NCBI GenBank assembly: GCA_026770705.1
Contig: JANJGN010000025.1
Coordinates: forward strand, 31,372,001-31,436,000
Direction: 5' to 3'
DNA length: 64,000 nucleotides
From: Isurus oxyrinchus
Lineage: Eukaryota
Positions within the stretch are counted from its first letter, which is position 1, and each line of letters starts with the position of its first letter. The position numbers were made by a program, and so were the translations under genes. Of the stretch, positions 34,461 through 48,314 are shown piece by piece. The notes beneath the pieces are model-generated. The model had not been told where the DNA came from. It saw nothing but the letters and a program-made list of their open reading frames with translations, and did no database searches.

Positions 34461-37400
34461 AACAACGAGTGGAATCACATGCTTTGGACTGTCAGTTCAG
34501 TGAGTAGACTGAAAGCTTTACTTGATCAAAAATTATAGGTAAATCGAATTCCTTGCTGTAATCAGCTTTTCTCCACTCAATCACGCAGTCTCTCCCATCC
34601 CTAAACAAACTCTAAATACTACCCTGCTCTAATCAGCTCACACACTCGAAGCACGCTCCATGACTAATACGATATCCTGAAAACAAATTAATGAGGACTG
34701 ATTACGGGAGAGAAGGTTAGCTCTCCTGCTCTACTTTCACCCCCTGCATCGTTCATCTTTCCCGGTCTCTTCCCTCTCTTCACATTTCATTCTGTTTAAA
34801 AAAAAATCCCGCCCCCCCCCCCCCCCCTCCCACCCACAGCTTTACCAGATTCCACCTCTCTCCCTCGTCAATCCTCTTTTCCTTCTTGTTTCTTTACTTT
34901 TCTCTGGTCAGCTCGCCTCTTTCTAACCCACTCCCGACCCCCACGCCCACCTTTCTCTTTGCCTTACCCACTATCACTTCAACCTGGAGCACAGCTTACC
35001 TATGCTGCTATGAGTGGAATGATAAACGCTCATCCCTTTACTGTCCCTTTCAACTGTGCATCCCACGCCAGCTGATATCAAAAATACAAATTGGATGTGA
35101 TCTTGCTGTGCTGCTGAGGCTTGTACCCAAACAGCTCCCTGACACACCGTGTACCTGTCTCGGATACTTGGCATTAGCAAATTTCTCAAGTGTCAGGTGA
35201 ATCCCGAAATTATTCCGATAAAACACTCATTCCATTGATTCAGCCAGGAGCCAACAACTCACTATAAACTGGTTTTATAACAAAAACAAGCACCCTTCTC
35301 GCCAGTAAATCACAGGAGGCATTGTGTCTACACCTAGTTACAATTAGTTATATGAAGGTGAGTACCACATACATACATTTGTAGCAGTGAAGAGATATAT
35401 GTTGCTTTATTCTCTCCCCCGCACCTCCACCCCCACTCACCCCACCAGCCCACTCCCCCTCCCAATATCAGACTGTTCACCTCTCATCAATCCTGAAATT
35501 AATACGGATATTGTCGTGTGCAGATTATGACCGGGGGACACTTGAGCTAATGCCTTTTACCCTATGCGCATTCGTCAATATGATAAAATGTTTCCTTTCC
35601 AAATGGGATGCTGTTGCAACGAGACTGTAATGTGCCGAATTATATGTGGTGCGACGATAGAAAGATTGATACTTCAAAGGCTGCAGATTTATTGCAATCA
35701 CATAACTATGTCGTCCATTGTGATCTTCCAACAGTCTTTCTGTGGCAAAACTGAAACCTAAATAAAAGTATATATTCTTCTGTAATGCAACATCACGTCT
35801 TGCCGATTATTTAATATTATAGCTGCAAAGTTTGATTCTGAGCATATAGAGTAAGTTATATAGAATGTTAAAATGCATATCCCTTAGTATTTCAGAAAGA
35901 GACGGATTTCTGCGGACTGGTCATTGTCAGCTCCGTAAATCGTATTCATGGGAAATCACCAAATTGCTAAGAGTGTTAAGGGAAAGAGAAGCAATGGCAA
36001 ATACTTCACAATCATCGGGATTAAAGCAACACTGCTCGTCTGCAGATGTTACAAAAACTTTACGACAAAGAGGATTTCTGAGGCTTGTTAAGTAGAACAC
36101 CTTGAGATTTATTTTATCCCCTTTCCTTAATCTGCCACGAAATCAGCAGAATGGAATCCACAGAAAGTGGCTCAATGGCTTTAAAAATACTTTTTTTTTG
36201 CCGTCTGAGCGATGATTCATCACGTGCAATTTTTTTTAAACAAATGGAAGCAAAAGTAGTGCCTCGCGTTAAACGGGCAATGAAATAGGTGCACTAGGTA
36301 TTCCTGTTTAGTAATTCCACCGTAACATACAGTTAGAACAACTTTCTTGCTTTATTCTGATGAATATTCCCTGCGGGGAATAAAAGAGCAACCGCAGAGA
36401 CAAATTGAACTAAAATGTGCTTGACTGAAGGGTGGACAACGTAGGAATGGTTGACTGAACACAGTCATCCTTTTCTGCATTCTAATGTATGATCTAGAAG
36501 CCTAACAACTTATTTCTGTGCACTTGAACAGAGCGAAGGTTTTGCTCAATCAACATGAAGGTGACAAACCTTTTGGGTAACTAGAAAGTATGATTCGCTT
36601 CTTTTCCATTAGACTTTGCGGTCTTTGGGTCAGAGGTACCTTAAATAATGGGTGCTCCTGCTGAGAGATTAAAACAGGTTCCGATGATAAAAGTACAATG
36701 AGTTAAATTTAAAGTCCAATGAAGCTGTAGCCTCGTGCTTAAAGTACAGTAGGACAAAGTACTCACACAACAGAATATATCTCTCGTGTGTCACTTTCTG
36801 TGGATTTCTCGTTCACTGATCAAGTGCAGTTATCTATTTTCTCCAGAAAACATTGTTTCTCGCCAAGTTTGCTTCCTGCCCAAATAACATGAAACCTGCT
36901 TTCAGTAACTAATCGGGCCAGTTGTTGGCCATGCTGACAGTTTTTCGCCAGGTCCCGAGAAAAAGATTGGACATTCCAGTGCTCCTTATTAAATGCTACA
37001 TTCTTAATCATTATCACACGTTATCTGTTAACCCCTCTCACGAATCAAAGTTTTAGAAAATATATTCATTCATATTTATCTGGTAGAATGTTTATATAGT
37101 AAATGTTAGTAGAAGTTTCCGACTGGAATGTAAGAACTGTATATAACTCATGGCTGCTTTGTGCATCCCCTGCATTTGCAGAGGAGGCTGATTCCAATGC
37201 TTAACGTTTTATTTTAATCCCATTTTCTTGAGTTCAACTGAACATTCAATGCTAGAATGAAACACATCAGCCAATATACTGTATACTTTTTTCTATATAA
37301 TAAATACAAGCAGCGCTTTGTACATCACCTGTGTAGGAATGTAGCGAAGCATGAAAATAAATGACTATTTTTCCGAATAAGTGGATCTGTGATAACTTTC

Positions 37401-38319
37401 AGGATAGAATTGCTTTATTTTGGTGGCTAACTAGAAGAAGATAACCTTCGTCTTTTAAAATGAGACAGATGAGAAGCAAGCCCTCTTCCAATGGTCTAAC
37501 TGTAAAATTATACACTGCAGATTACAGTCTCACCGACTCTCACACTCGACTGCACGTATCCAGTGCATATTTTGTATTCAAACAATTTGAAACATTTCCC
37601 TTAATTTAAGGTTTATCAGACATGGTTTATTACAGAATCGAAAGAGGTTTTTTTTGTCTAATTCACGGTTTAGCAGACGACCCTTTCACGAACAAATAAA
37701 AGTGGTTCAAGGTGATTGATGACAATGTTTATTCTGGCCGAGATTTATTGCAGCGACGTGTTAGCATGGAGACGAAAGGTAGCATTTAGCGCGAAGCCTC
37801 TGAGGAAGTTCTAGAGGACAAAAGTTGAATGAAAGACCCGTGCCTTTTACCTAATTCTACAGACTCCGGTCATTTTTATACCTTTGGAAGGTCATTTCAA
37901 AATATACTCCAATGTAGTACTGGAACGGTTAGCTTACACCAGTTCTTGTAACGACTAATATTATAAGTCGTATGTAATAGACGGACATTTCCGACACAAA
38001 TCTAGGGGGATGATGGGAGCATTTTCAGTCTGAGATCTATTGTTATCCATGTTCTATACTCAATGCATTATTAAAGTCACTAAAAAGACATTGCATTAAA
38101 CATTGCATCTTTAAAACTATTGCCAAGAAGAAATCCAACCACCATTATTATGGCATTTCTTTTCAAGTGTTTGGCAATATTTTTACACCACTTCAAAGTA
38201 CGGCTTACACTTTCTATACAATATATGTGATAGCAATGAAAAATACATCCGGAAACATTAACAGCCTTGATTATAGTTATATAAATCTCGCCTTGAATAG
38301 GGACTCCTAAGGCAAACTC

Positions 38320-38765
38320 AAATGCCAAAGCTCAGGGTCAATGAGAATGCACATCTTTCGGTCCTAGTCATAGATTAAAGAAATATGAATTTATTTTAAA
38401 TAGCACATTAGCATGTTGTGTCTGTAAAATCCATCATGGAGCCCAAACAGGGGGAAGGTGGTGTCCGCCTGACCAACTGCACTGCATCTCCATCAAATCG
38501 TTTCATCTTCTTTAGCAAACTTGACAAAACAGAAGAAATATGACACGTGAATTATTAAATAGAGCCCATTTGACTTTTAACCTGCTGTTTTCAGGAAGCT
38601 AAATTTCCGGTATATTTATCTTGATACACATTACAAGGGCTGCGGGCTATTGAGTTGAAAAATTCAGAGGCAGAAGGAAGAGCCAGGGCTCGAGCGAAGG
38701 TCTGCATGAGAAATGGGTCATTTGTCATAGAAAAACGTCAATAAATTAGATAGAATGATGGATAA
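38320..38765. promoter_or_regulatory. Candidate CNE (reverse Pbx-Hox ATCCATCA at ~38429-38436, CACGTG, TAAT sites)
   Basis: Motif cluster. Confidence 0.4.
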
Positions 38766-39744
38766 AAAGGCTGCAAATGGATGCGAGTGACGACAGACAG
38801 CAAACGGGGTCTGGTTGAATAAAACGGGCGCAACAGGCAACTAACTCTTACAGTATGGAATGGTCTTATTAACTGTGCGAGGATATTTGGGGATATGTGT
38901 ACCATCTAACAGGTGTTAACATGTAATAAGTTTTCAACTCTGAATATTATACAAAATAATGTAATAATTTCTTTACTAATGACATGCAGTTATGCTGATA
39001 ACAAGAAATCCTGTTCTGTTTTATAATCGCTGCCATGGTTAATATTAGGTTTAATATGATCAGTGTGGTATTTATCAGGAAATGATGGCATCCAACCGAA
39101 ATTAATAAACTTAAAATAATTAACGTCTACCACATTCTCGCCATCTAAAGTAATAATCACAAATGTAGTTCTTCATGCCAGTCATCACAATATGATGTTT
39201 TGCTTTGGGTTCAAAAATTGTAACTGCTTGTTCGAATGTTAAAAAAATGAATTCTATCTCCGTCGATATATTTTGTATTACCACCACATGGACAGATAGA
39301 AGCTGACAATTTCAAGATATGTTTGCTCTGTGATATAGATAAATATAATTCTATCGCTTAATGTGCATCATTAAAATTAATTATTTTTCAATTCACTCAA
39401 ACATCTACACAGGTATATGCTGCCCCAGCCTATAGTCAAATCATATTTGCAACTATTGCAACATTTCTATTCAAATTCACTGCTAAGTGGACGAACCAAC
39501 AGTTTGATTTAAGTACTGGTGACTGCAAAAATATATAGGATACTTGTTGGACAGGTACATCATTGATCAGAATACCTGTGCTCAGTTACTCTGATTCCAA
39601 GTACGCGGGCGAGATCACTTTTTTCTGCAATATTAATAACAATTAAAAAGAAACAGTTTAACTGTATTATTGATGCGAAAGGACACAATTAGCGAATAGG
39701 CGCTCAACAGAGGGGAAAATCCTGAGTAATTGAATAAACCAAAA

Positions 39745-40700
39745 TCTGGGTGATAGAGCAGTCAAAAGTGGCCGCGGTGACAGGAGAGCTATGAGGCAAG
39801 TGATGGATACTATTGTCCTAATTTGACCCTCCATTAACACCAGTTCTCAGCAGCTGTATTATGTCAGAAATTCCCATCGACATACAGAGGTTGTCACTAA
39901 TTTTCTCAGCACACTCAGTCCTCGATGCAGTGCTCAATCCTATCTCAAATAAATGGGTGGAGAATATGACCCAAAACTGCTCTCCAATCTGAGCAGCCTA
40001 TTACCGTCGCCAAAAAGCATTGTTGTGCAGGTGCCGGTAATTTGGTCCTTATCTCTAAAATGTTTATGCAGCTCCGTCCATTAATACTGGAAATGTTATT
40101 AATATTAATTAACAAATAAAACGAATCATTTTGGGCCCAGTGAATAGCCTCATCTTCTAATTGGACTTAAAGGAAGAAAAAAGTTGACCTACTAGTGACA
40201 GACACAGGTTTGAGGGTGACATTTCATTGTGTAGCACCATGTGAAAGAAATAAAAAGGGACCCGTCAATTTAATGCAAGGACCAAAAGTGCATATTGTTG
40301 CTAAGAGACAGGGATGCCGCTGAACTTCCATCAGAAGCTCTGCTCCGACCTTATGCAAATAGAACTGAAAACTCTTTGTGGATGGCAGCGAATTCCACCC
40401 ACCATGTCAGGAATACCTGGCAGAGGCTTTTATTCAAATGTTCAGTAAAAACACACAAGATGTGACAAAGCATGACACATTCAGCTCCGTGGAGAGAGAG
40501 GGAGAGAGAGAGAGAGAGCGCTCACCATCCAAAATGCCATCAATCCAACCTCCGGAGCTGTCATTTTTCTCCCCCTTCAGCCTCACAGAAGATTGGTCCA
40601 AAATACTAAATTGTTTCTCTTTACATCTCTAAAAGGACTATTAAGCCACATTAATGTAACTAAGCAATCTACCAGAAACGCACATTAAGGCAAAGGGGAA
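39745..40700. promoter_or_regulatory. Long candidate CNE block (TGATGGAT 39801-39808, TGACAG, RFX-like GTTGCTAAGAGAC, octamer ATGCAAAT 40353-40360)
   Basis: About 1 kb of motif-dense, repeat-free sequence apart from a short (GA)n. Confidence 0.5.
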
Positions 40701-43700
40701 AGAATCTGAGGAATGGTTGGATCATATCACTCCAATGTCCTCCTGAAATTATCTAGACCGGAGGAAAAAAAATCAAAGTAATCTCAGTAACACAAATGAA
40801 GTATGAATGTACAATTTAAAGAGGTTATAAACCATTCAGAGGTTGAACATTATTATTTGAAACTGCAAGCAGATGAATGTCTAAAATGTCATTTATGTAA
40901 GAATGTGCCACATGATAGTCTGAGATTGAGTAAATAATATTAATAATATTAATGTTAACAGATTTTGTTGGAATATTAATTCATATAACATTTTGCATTT
41001 AATTATCCCAAGAAACAATACAGTAACAGCTGATATATTTTATAAAGGAAGAAATCTCGCAGTTAATGACTGCGTAGGTCAGCTTTGTGGTTATTACCTC
41101 TTTAAAAAGGTCATGCATAGTTTTATACTGCGGGGGGAAAAAATCTAATAAATGTATTTGTAAACTATACACAAAGAGCTAGGGAGAAACAAAACTTTAC
41201 ATAGCCCAGAATATCAGTTCTGTACGCATCAACACATTTACACCAAAATGTCATACTCTATAAAGATGCACATTTAAACTTATTTTTGAATGTGTGTTAG
41301 AATTAGCGGAAAAGCTCCCACATGTACACAGATAAATTTAAAATAAATGAGTTTCAGTCTATTTTAAAAGTTAAACGCTTCATTTTAAAGGAAACAAAGC
41401 ACAAAATATATATGTGATCATCTGTCTTTGGGGGTTTGTTATGAGTGGTCAGTGTGCTGCAATAGTATTCAATCACATTTCAACAGTATCTAGATAGTCA
41501 CGAGAAAAAGTGAAATTATTTGAAGACTTACTTAAAGTCACGTTCAATAGACATGTTCGTTAAGATTTAAAAAAAATCATTCCAATCTATTTGACTTCCT
41601 TAAACACCGTTTTTTTCCGATTTAGCTTGCATTATCAATTTACGCACTTTCGAAGAAAATACATTTCTGTTTCCCCCAGCCCAACAATTTTGTTTTCAGA
41701 CGCTGAGCAAACTATAATAAAATGAATCCTTCAAAGATTAAATTACTGCAGTCAAATGTTTTGTTGTTATAATAGATCAAACTTGTCAACAGTTAAAGTT
41801 ATTTAACGCCCGCAACTTCATATTTTCAACACAAGGCAGCGCAAAAAAAAAAGGTTTGGACCGACAATCAAAATAAACTTTCAAAAAATCTGATAATAAT
41901 TGTGCAAAGAATTGAAGGCATGCGTTTTCCTGCGACATGACTTTCTGCCGTGGTAACAGTAATCATTCTGACTTTTTTGATTAAAGAGAATGTTATTATT
42001 TTAAAAATGTGTAATGTGTGATTTTACTTCTACTTTACATCACTCGACTTCAGGAGTGGTGACAAGTTTGTTTCTGCAGATTATTATATAATGCTCGAAT
42101 ATAAAACATGTGATGTAAACTATGTCAACATTTCCACCGCGTTCCCACTTAATTCTCCCCCTTCATATAGGTTTTCAATAAAATGTCTGCATTGCTTTGC
42201 AAAACGAATTTGGAATTCATGTATTCATAGTTTAAATAAACGAAGTTACTTAACTAGTATCACATTAAGCGCTGTAAACTCCGAAAGGAAACTAATTTGT
42301 TCCGTAGTGAATGTAAAAGTTAAAGCAAGTTATGCAGTTGGATAAATAGCAAGTGAAAATTGTACTGTAGAAGTTATCTCAGGGTAAAAAGGGGACCATT
42401 ATGTTTCCAATATTGCAAAAGGCGTGGAGGCTAAAATCGGAATTGTCCATTTTGTTTCACGATACAATCTTAAACCAGCAGTTAAATTACCTTGAAATTG
42501 AAACAGAAATTGTGGCGAGATTTCCAAATAGCAACCAATTTTCATAAGGTGTATAATAAGATGGGTATTTAAACAAGCGCTGCGTATGTTCAGGAAAGGT
42601 TTTAATGGGAAATTCAGTAGGTGTTGTAAATATTAATGGGATTTGAAATTGCTCGGTTTCCGATAGCAGCGCATGGAACAGCTGACAGCAACACACACGG
42701 AACATGTGGCGGCCCAAGAGCAGGATGGTCCGTGCTCTTGTCTTCTCTACTTCATTACACCATTCCAAGTGTTTCAGTACAGTTTAGTTCAGGAAATAAA
42801 GTCCACGGGTCAGCCATGCCAAATGTCCTCGTTTCTGGCCAAACTAGACCCACTCATGGCCCCAGTATTACACGTAGCTCCTTGGAGATAGAGATAGAGA
42901 GAGAGAGAGAGAGACAGCGCTGGGGAGTCCTTAAGGCTCACGTTCACAGGTAGATGTCATGAGAGGACTCCCCACCACAGACTATGGAGACAAATCTGTT
43001 TGCCTGTCCCCTCCCTTCACTCTGCTATCATGAATATGTAACCTGGCGGGTGACTGTGGACGGGGACAGTGGCTCCCAAAGTCAGACGCATTACATCCAG
43101 CCCAGGAATGCACACCGATCATCTCCACCAGAGAGAGTATGTCCTATAATTTAACGCAGCAGAGGGCTTTTGGAAACGAATCCCAGGTCATATTACCAGG
43201 GGCTTCCTACCGCTGTTGGTCCTAACAACATGGAACCCAGCAATAACTTGAACGAGAACAATCGTTAGGTACAATTTCTTAACTACCTGTCAATTTAAGG
43301 TCGGTGTTAGCAATCCAAAATTAACCCAGCTGTATTTTAGAGTTGGGTACCAATAAGGGCAGCAAAACAAAAAGTATTTTTCTGCACTAGAACCATGATG
43401 GTAAAAATGGTACAATCTGTTGTATCCCAAGCCAGATTTCACCTAATTCAATTTCGGAATAGGGAAACGTGTCAATTTATCCCGTCAGCGCCCCTTTTCG
43501 CTCCAAGCTGTCTTATTGTTAAATGTACACAGATCAACTCTTTTTGCACAGTGTTGGGAAAATCGAAGACTTCACAAATGTTCGTTAAACCAAACGAAGT
43601 GAGTGTGCTTTACTTAGAGGGCAGAAGGATCCAAATGGAAATCCTTCTCAATAGTGTACACTCGAATTGCTTTTTGCAGTTAGTTTGCATAATGCATTGA

Positions 43701-46700
43701 GGCTGCCATAATTATATTTTACAGGGCGCCACTTCTTATCGAGATAAATGTGGGCTAACAAAATAGAGCATTTCCGCATAATCACGAGTTTAAAGACGGA
43801 TACAGATATGATTGTCTGTTTCATAGACTGGCTGATTGAACTATTATTAACTACATTTCAAATGTAAATGTGCACAATAGCCCATCAACAACTAGCGTCC
43901 CATACGAAGGCTCGAGGGAATAATGCAGGGACTGTTGATTGGGTTTACCTCTACCTGAAACACGCGATCGTCAGCCCTGATTCCGTCATAGCAGAGAACT
44001 CACAGAGCAAAAACATGCACAGGTTGCCTCACAAGCGTTGTCCATCTATAGAATAATGAATTGGCCATTTCCATCTAGTGCTCCATTAAGGATAGGGGAG
44101 GTCTGATGAAAGGTTGCAATGGTCGGATGAAGCGATTATAACACACCTTTTTGAACAGTTCTAAATGTCTTTCTTTATTATTGCATAATGATTTTTCTTT
44201 CAGCGTCACCCGTGTAAAAATGCTAATGCATTGGGGGCACCGGATAGAGAATCATTGTGAGCCCAGGCAAGTAATGTGCACTGTTCCGTGCCAAAACATG
44301 CTTACCCTTCTGTAATTAATATATTCATCGCAGGGTTAGAATTTTAATGTATACCTATTGATTTCGTAGCAGAATATTCCATTCATATATTTAACTGTAA
44401 CCGTGAAATGCATGGGCTATGAATTAAATATTAATAAAGAAATAAGACTATCTCTTAAGGTTAAAACAATGTAACCAGTGTCATTGCTGATTTACATCTG
44501 GAATGGGAGCATAAATCAAACTGATGTCATGACTTCATTGAATAAAGACAGGGCTGAGCACCACACACCATTTTATGGTTTTATATTAATGACAGACTTT
44601 AAGTACAGTTAATTCATATTCCATGCAGATTTCCGGTAAATCCAAACTATAACCACTGTGGATGTGATTACTTTTAAAACTCTGCCCTGGTGATAATTAT
44701 GGTGGCCCGAAGTCTGTTAGAGTTTAAATCGCGAAAAGCAGAATGAAATATTACACGGTGGACTGTGTTGTAAACAATCCATGCACTATTTAACACTCTG
44801 TGATTGCAATTCATGTTGTTTCCCCATTCGAGGCAACTTGCTCTTGAATTCGTATCGAAGTGATCCTGCATCCAACCTTGCCTGAGAAAAGTCAAGGGGC
44901 AGACCATCACAAGATAACAAATTTACTCTTCTGTCACTTAAATGTTCCTCCCAAATAAGTTACCTTTATCATGGCCGCATATATACATATGGATCTACCT
45001 CTGTCGAGTGATTCAATGCATTTTCTATGACTCACATTCATTGCCACAGAACTGATAAACTACAGGACTAAGGCATATTAACAGCACCGTGCAAGCTCAT
45101 CTTACTTTTAGAGACATGCTGAAAGCGAAATCAGATCAACTGTGTCCACTGATGTTCAGTTACCCTCGCATCACTATAGGAGTCACTTGATCAACGTGCT
45201 GATGCTCTATCACTCACTACCCCCCCGCCCCCCACCCCTGCCACAACCATCCAACCTTCCAAAATCTCAGCAAAACAAGTATACGCAGGAAACTTCCTGA
45301 TGCAATGAGTAATTGTCAATCTACACGATAATTATCAATACATTTTGCATTTTAGAGCTAGGTTTGTTTCCCTCTCTCTCGGCAACTTATCCGATAGGTC
45401 AGTTGTTATCAGAAGGCTATGCACCTTTAGCATTCTCAGTACTCACTGTGACACGTCCTTTGGCTGATAACGCCGTGTACAGTCATCTAAGTACAGCAAT
45501 TCACACACAGGCCTAATGTTTGCCTTTCGATGTCTTTAATGACAAAAATGTTTGAAAGGCTCCAGGAGGTCCATCAGTTCACCGGGAAAACGTATCTATC
45601 AGCCTAAGTACACAAAGCTCAGAGAGGGCGTCATGGCATATATAATATTGACGCATGACTCAGTGTAGACAGGGTGCAAAGTCGTACCAAGGTGAACAAA
45701 GGGGCAGGTATAGATGTGACACAGTCACATAGGTCAAAAAGTGTTGATAGATACAATGATAACATTAGCTATTAATATTTTGATAATAATTAGGGGATAA
45801 AAGAGAAGGAACAACAAGCCTAATCAGCACTTTATCCACCTGAAGAAAGGTAGGAACGGTTTTAGTGATGCTCTGGCTTTTTATTGGCTGCCTTTGTGTT
45901 TGCATTCGCACATTATGAATCAAAGTATTGCATTTGGTAGATAACACAGGCTGTTAAAAGCAAACAAGGTCAGTGGGGCTATGTAGGGGCAAGGGCATGG
46001 ACATGGTTATCTCAGTTAAAGCAGCAAAAAAATATAGTGTGAAAGATAGAAAATTTTTTAGGTAAAAACATTCTGCATGGTTCAAGAACATAATAGTTCA
46101 ACTGACTTTTTAATCCTATTGAGTTTTCATATGTTTTATATATATAATTTATATGTATATACACACATGTAACTGTAAATCACTCATCTTATGAATAGGC
46201 CAGTTGATCCAAAGATGTAGTCGGATGGCTTACCTTTCACATTGTGTATAGAGTTACTGCTGATGACACCTGTGAACAATAGCACAGTAATGTTGGCAAT
46301 CATTGGCAAAACAGGTGTCATTGACAGAATATTATTTATGACAATAGAAAGTGCAAAAGGCAACAGGTATGCAGTCATTACATGATGTCTAAAGGAAATT
46401 TGAGATTAAGGCAATAAAGTGGTTATGTGCTCTCATCATTTGTTCACCCTTGTCTGCTTGTTATAGTTACATTTGTTCCATGAGCATCAGCTATGGAGAA
46501 CATAATTTTCTAACATGAACTGATGGGCAGCATCCAAAATTTAACTTACTAATGAAAGCCCCCTCCACCGTGAGAAAAGTAACTGCCATTGCAGATGAGT
46601 TTCAGAACCCAAAGCATTGAATTTCTATTTGCTGCTTGCCGATGGAAGACACTAAAAGCTTCCCCCAGAAGCAACATTCACTTAAGGTTTAGGAAGATCT

Positions 46701-46929
46701 GTCACCAGAAAGATGTGCCATAAGGGTAGATTTGCCAGTAAACAAGACCACCAAATGAACCTCAGGAAATAAGAGGATAGAAAAGGCAAAAAGACAGAGG
46801 CAGAAACTGAATGAGAATCTGTGATAAATGTAACAAATCCTTGGTTTTGACAGTGGAAGATCCCTTTCAAAGTCATCTTCTAAAGGAATGTATACTTTGC
46901 TAATATCATTTATGAAAGCAACTAATGCT

Positions 46930-48110
46930 ATCCAGCATAAGTGGGACTGTTCTTACCTGGTTCCATTCTTGTCTACCTAATCATAGCCAGAGAATTACTT
47001 GCAATGCTTCCTCTTGCCCGGTTGCCCTGTTGCCTCTTGTATCCTTTAAGGACTCATCTTTGGTCCACTCCCGTTTCTCATCTGCATGATATCATCTCTG
47101 TGATATCCACAGTGTTAGTTTTTGTACATATGCTGACAACATACAGCTCCACTTCGCAACCGCCTTGCTCGATTCTTCCACTGTTGCTAAATTATCAGAT
47201 TGTTTATCTGAATTCCTGTAATAGCTGAGCAGAACTTACCACCAATTAAATAATGGGAAGACTAAAGCCATTGTTTTCAGCCCCCACTCCAAACTTCATT
47301 CTATAGCTACCAACTCCATCTCTCTTCATGCCAACTGAGATTAAACTAGACCATTCATAACCTTGGTGCAATTTGACCCTGAAGTTAACTTCTGACCACA
47401 TATTACAGCATCACTAAAATTGCTTATTTCCACCTACTTAACATTGCCTGGTATCATTCCTGCTTCAGCTCATCTGCTGCTGAAACCTCCATTTATGCCT
47501 TTGCTATGTCTAGATTTGACTATTGCAATGTATTCCTGGTTGGTTGCCTGCATTCGACCATCCATAACCTTAATGGCAGTCAAAACTCTGCTGTCCAAAT
47601 CTCATCACATAGTAATTCCCATTCACTTATTACCCCTAAGCTCATTGACCTACATTGGCTCCCAGTGAAGCAACATCTTTGAATTTACAACTTTCATCCT
47701 TTTCTTCAAATCACTCCATAGCCTTGCTACCTCCTTATCTCCATAATCTCAACCAGCCCCATAACTCTCCATGATATCTGCACTTATCTAGTTCGGGTCT
47801 CTTGAGCATCTCCAATTTTAATCACTCTGCCATTGGTGGCCACGTGTTCAGCTGCCCAGGCACTAAGCTCTGCAATTCTCTCCCTAAACATTTCCACCTC
47901 TCTACCTCCCTCTATCCTTTAAGATACTCCTTAAAACCTACATCTTTGACCAAGCTTTTGATAATTTGACATAATATTTCCTCACATAGCTTAGTGTCAT
48001 ATTTTTACTTTGCTGCTGAAAAGCATCCTTGAGATGTTTCATTACTTTAAAGTTACTATAAATTACCTTAAATGTAATATATACTTTCAAGGTACTATAT
48101 AAATTTAAGT
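46930..48110 (+). mobile_element. L2-clade LINE, decayed 3' portion
   Basis: Degenerate RT and C-terminal motifs: TATGCTGACAAC (YADD-like), TCTAGATTTGACTATTGCAAT (SR.DYCN), CTACATTGGCTCCCAGTG (LHWLPV), CTCCTTAAAACCTACATCTTTGACCAAGCTTTT (LLKTY.FDQAF). Many frameshifts and stops. Confidence 0.85.
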
Positions 48111-48314
48111 TGTTGTATGTACTGAACATTTTGTTTGAAGTAAATAACTATTTGGCAACTAAGCAAAATATAAGCCTATTGAGTATCTTGCCATTAATAC
48201 TGCATTGACCTAATATTTTAATATACTGACCATGGATAAAAATGTATACCTAAATGAATCATGAATTCCTCACAAACTGCAATTAGATAACCTTGTTCCC
48301 CTGATGTACAAAAG

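Noticed and set aside
36357-36390. CTGATGA followed by hairpin TATTCCC-TGCG-GGGAATA as a hammerhead ribozyme
   Set aside because: The required GAAA after stem II is absent (reads AAAG), and no stems I/III or cleavage triplet are evident.
44103-44135. CTGATGAAAGG as a hammerhead or Penelope core (also CTGATGAAG at ~61099)
   Set aside because: No stem II plus GAAA, and no flanking Penelope-like sequence.
545-46876. The many 60-140 aa ORFs in the supplied track
   Set aside because: No recognisable domains. Many start at non-ATG codons or translate microsatellites and homopolymers, as expected by chance in non-coding vertebrate DNA.
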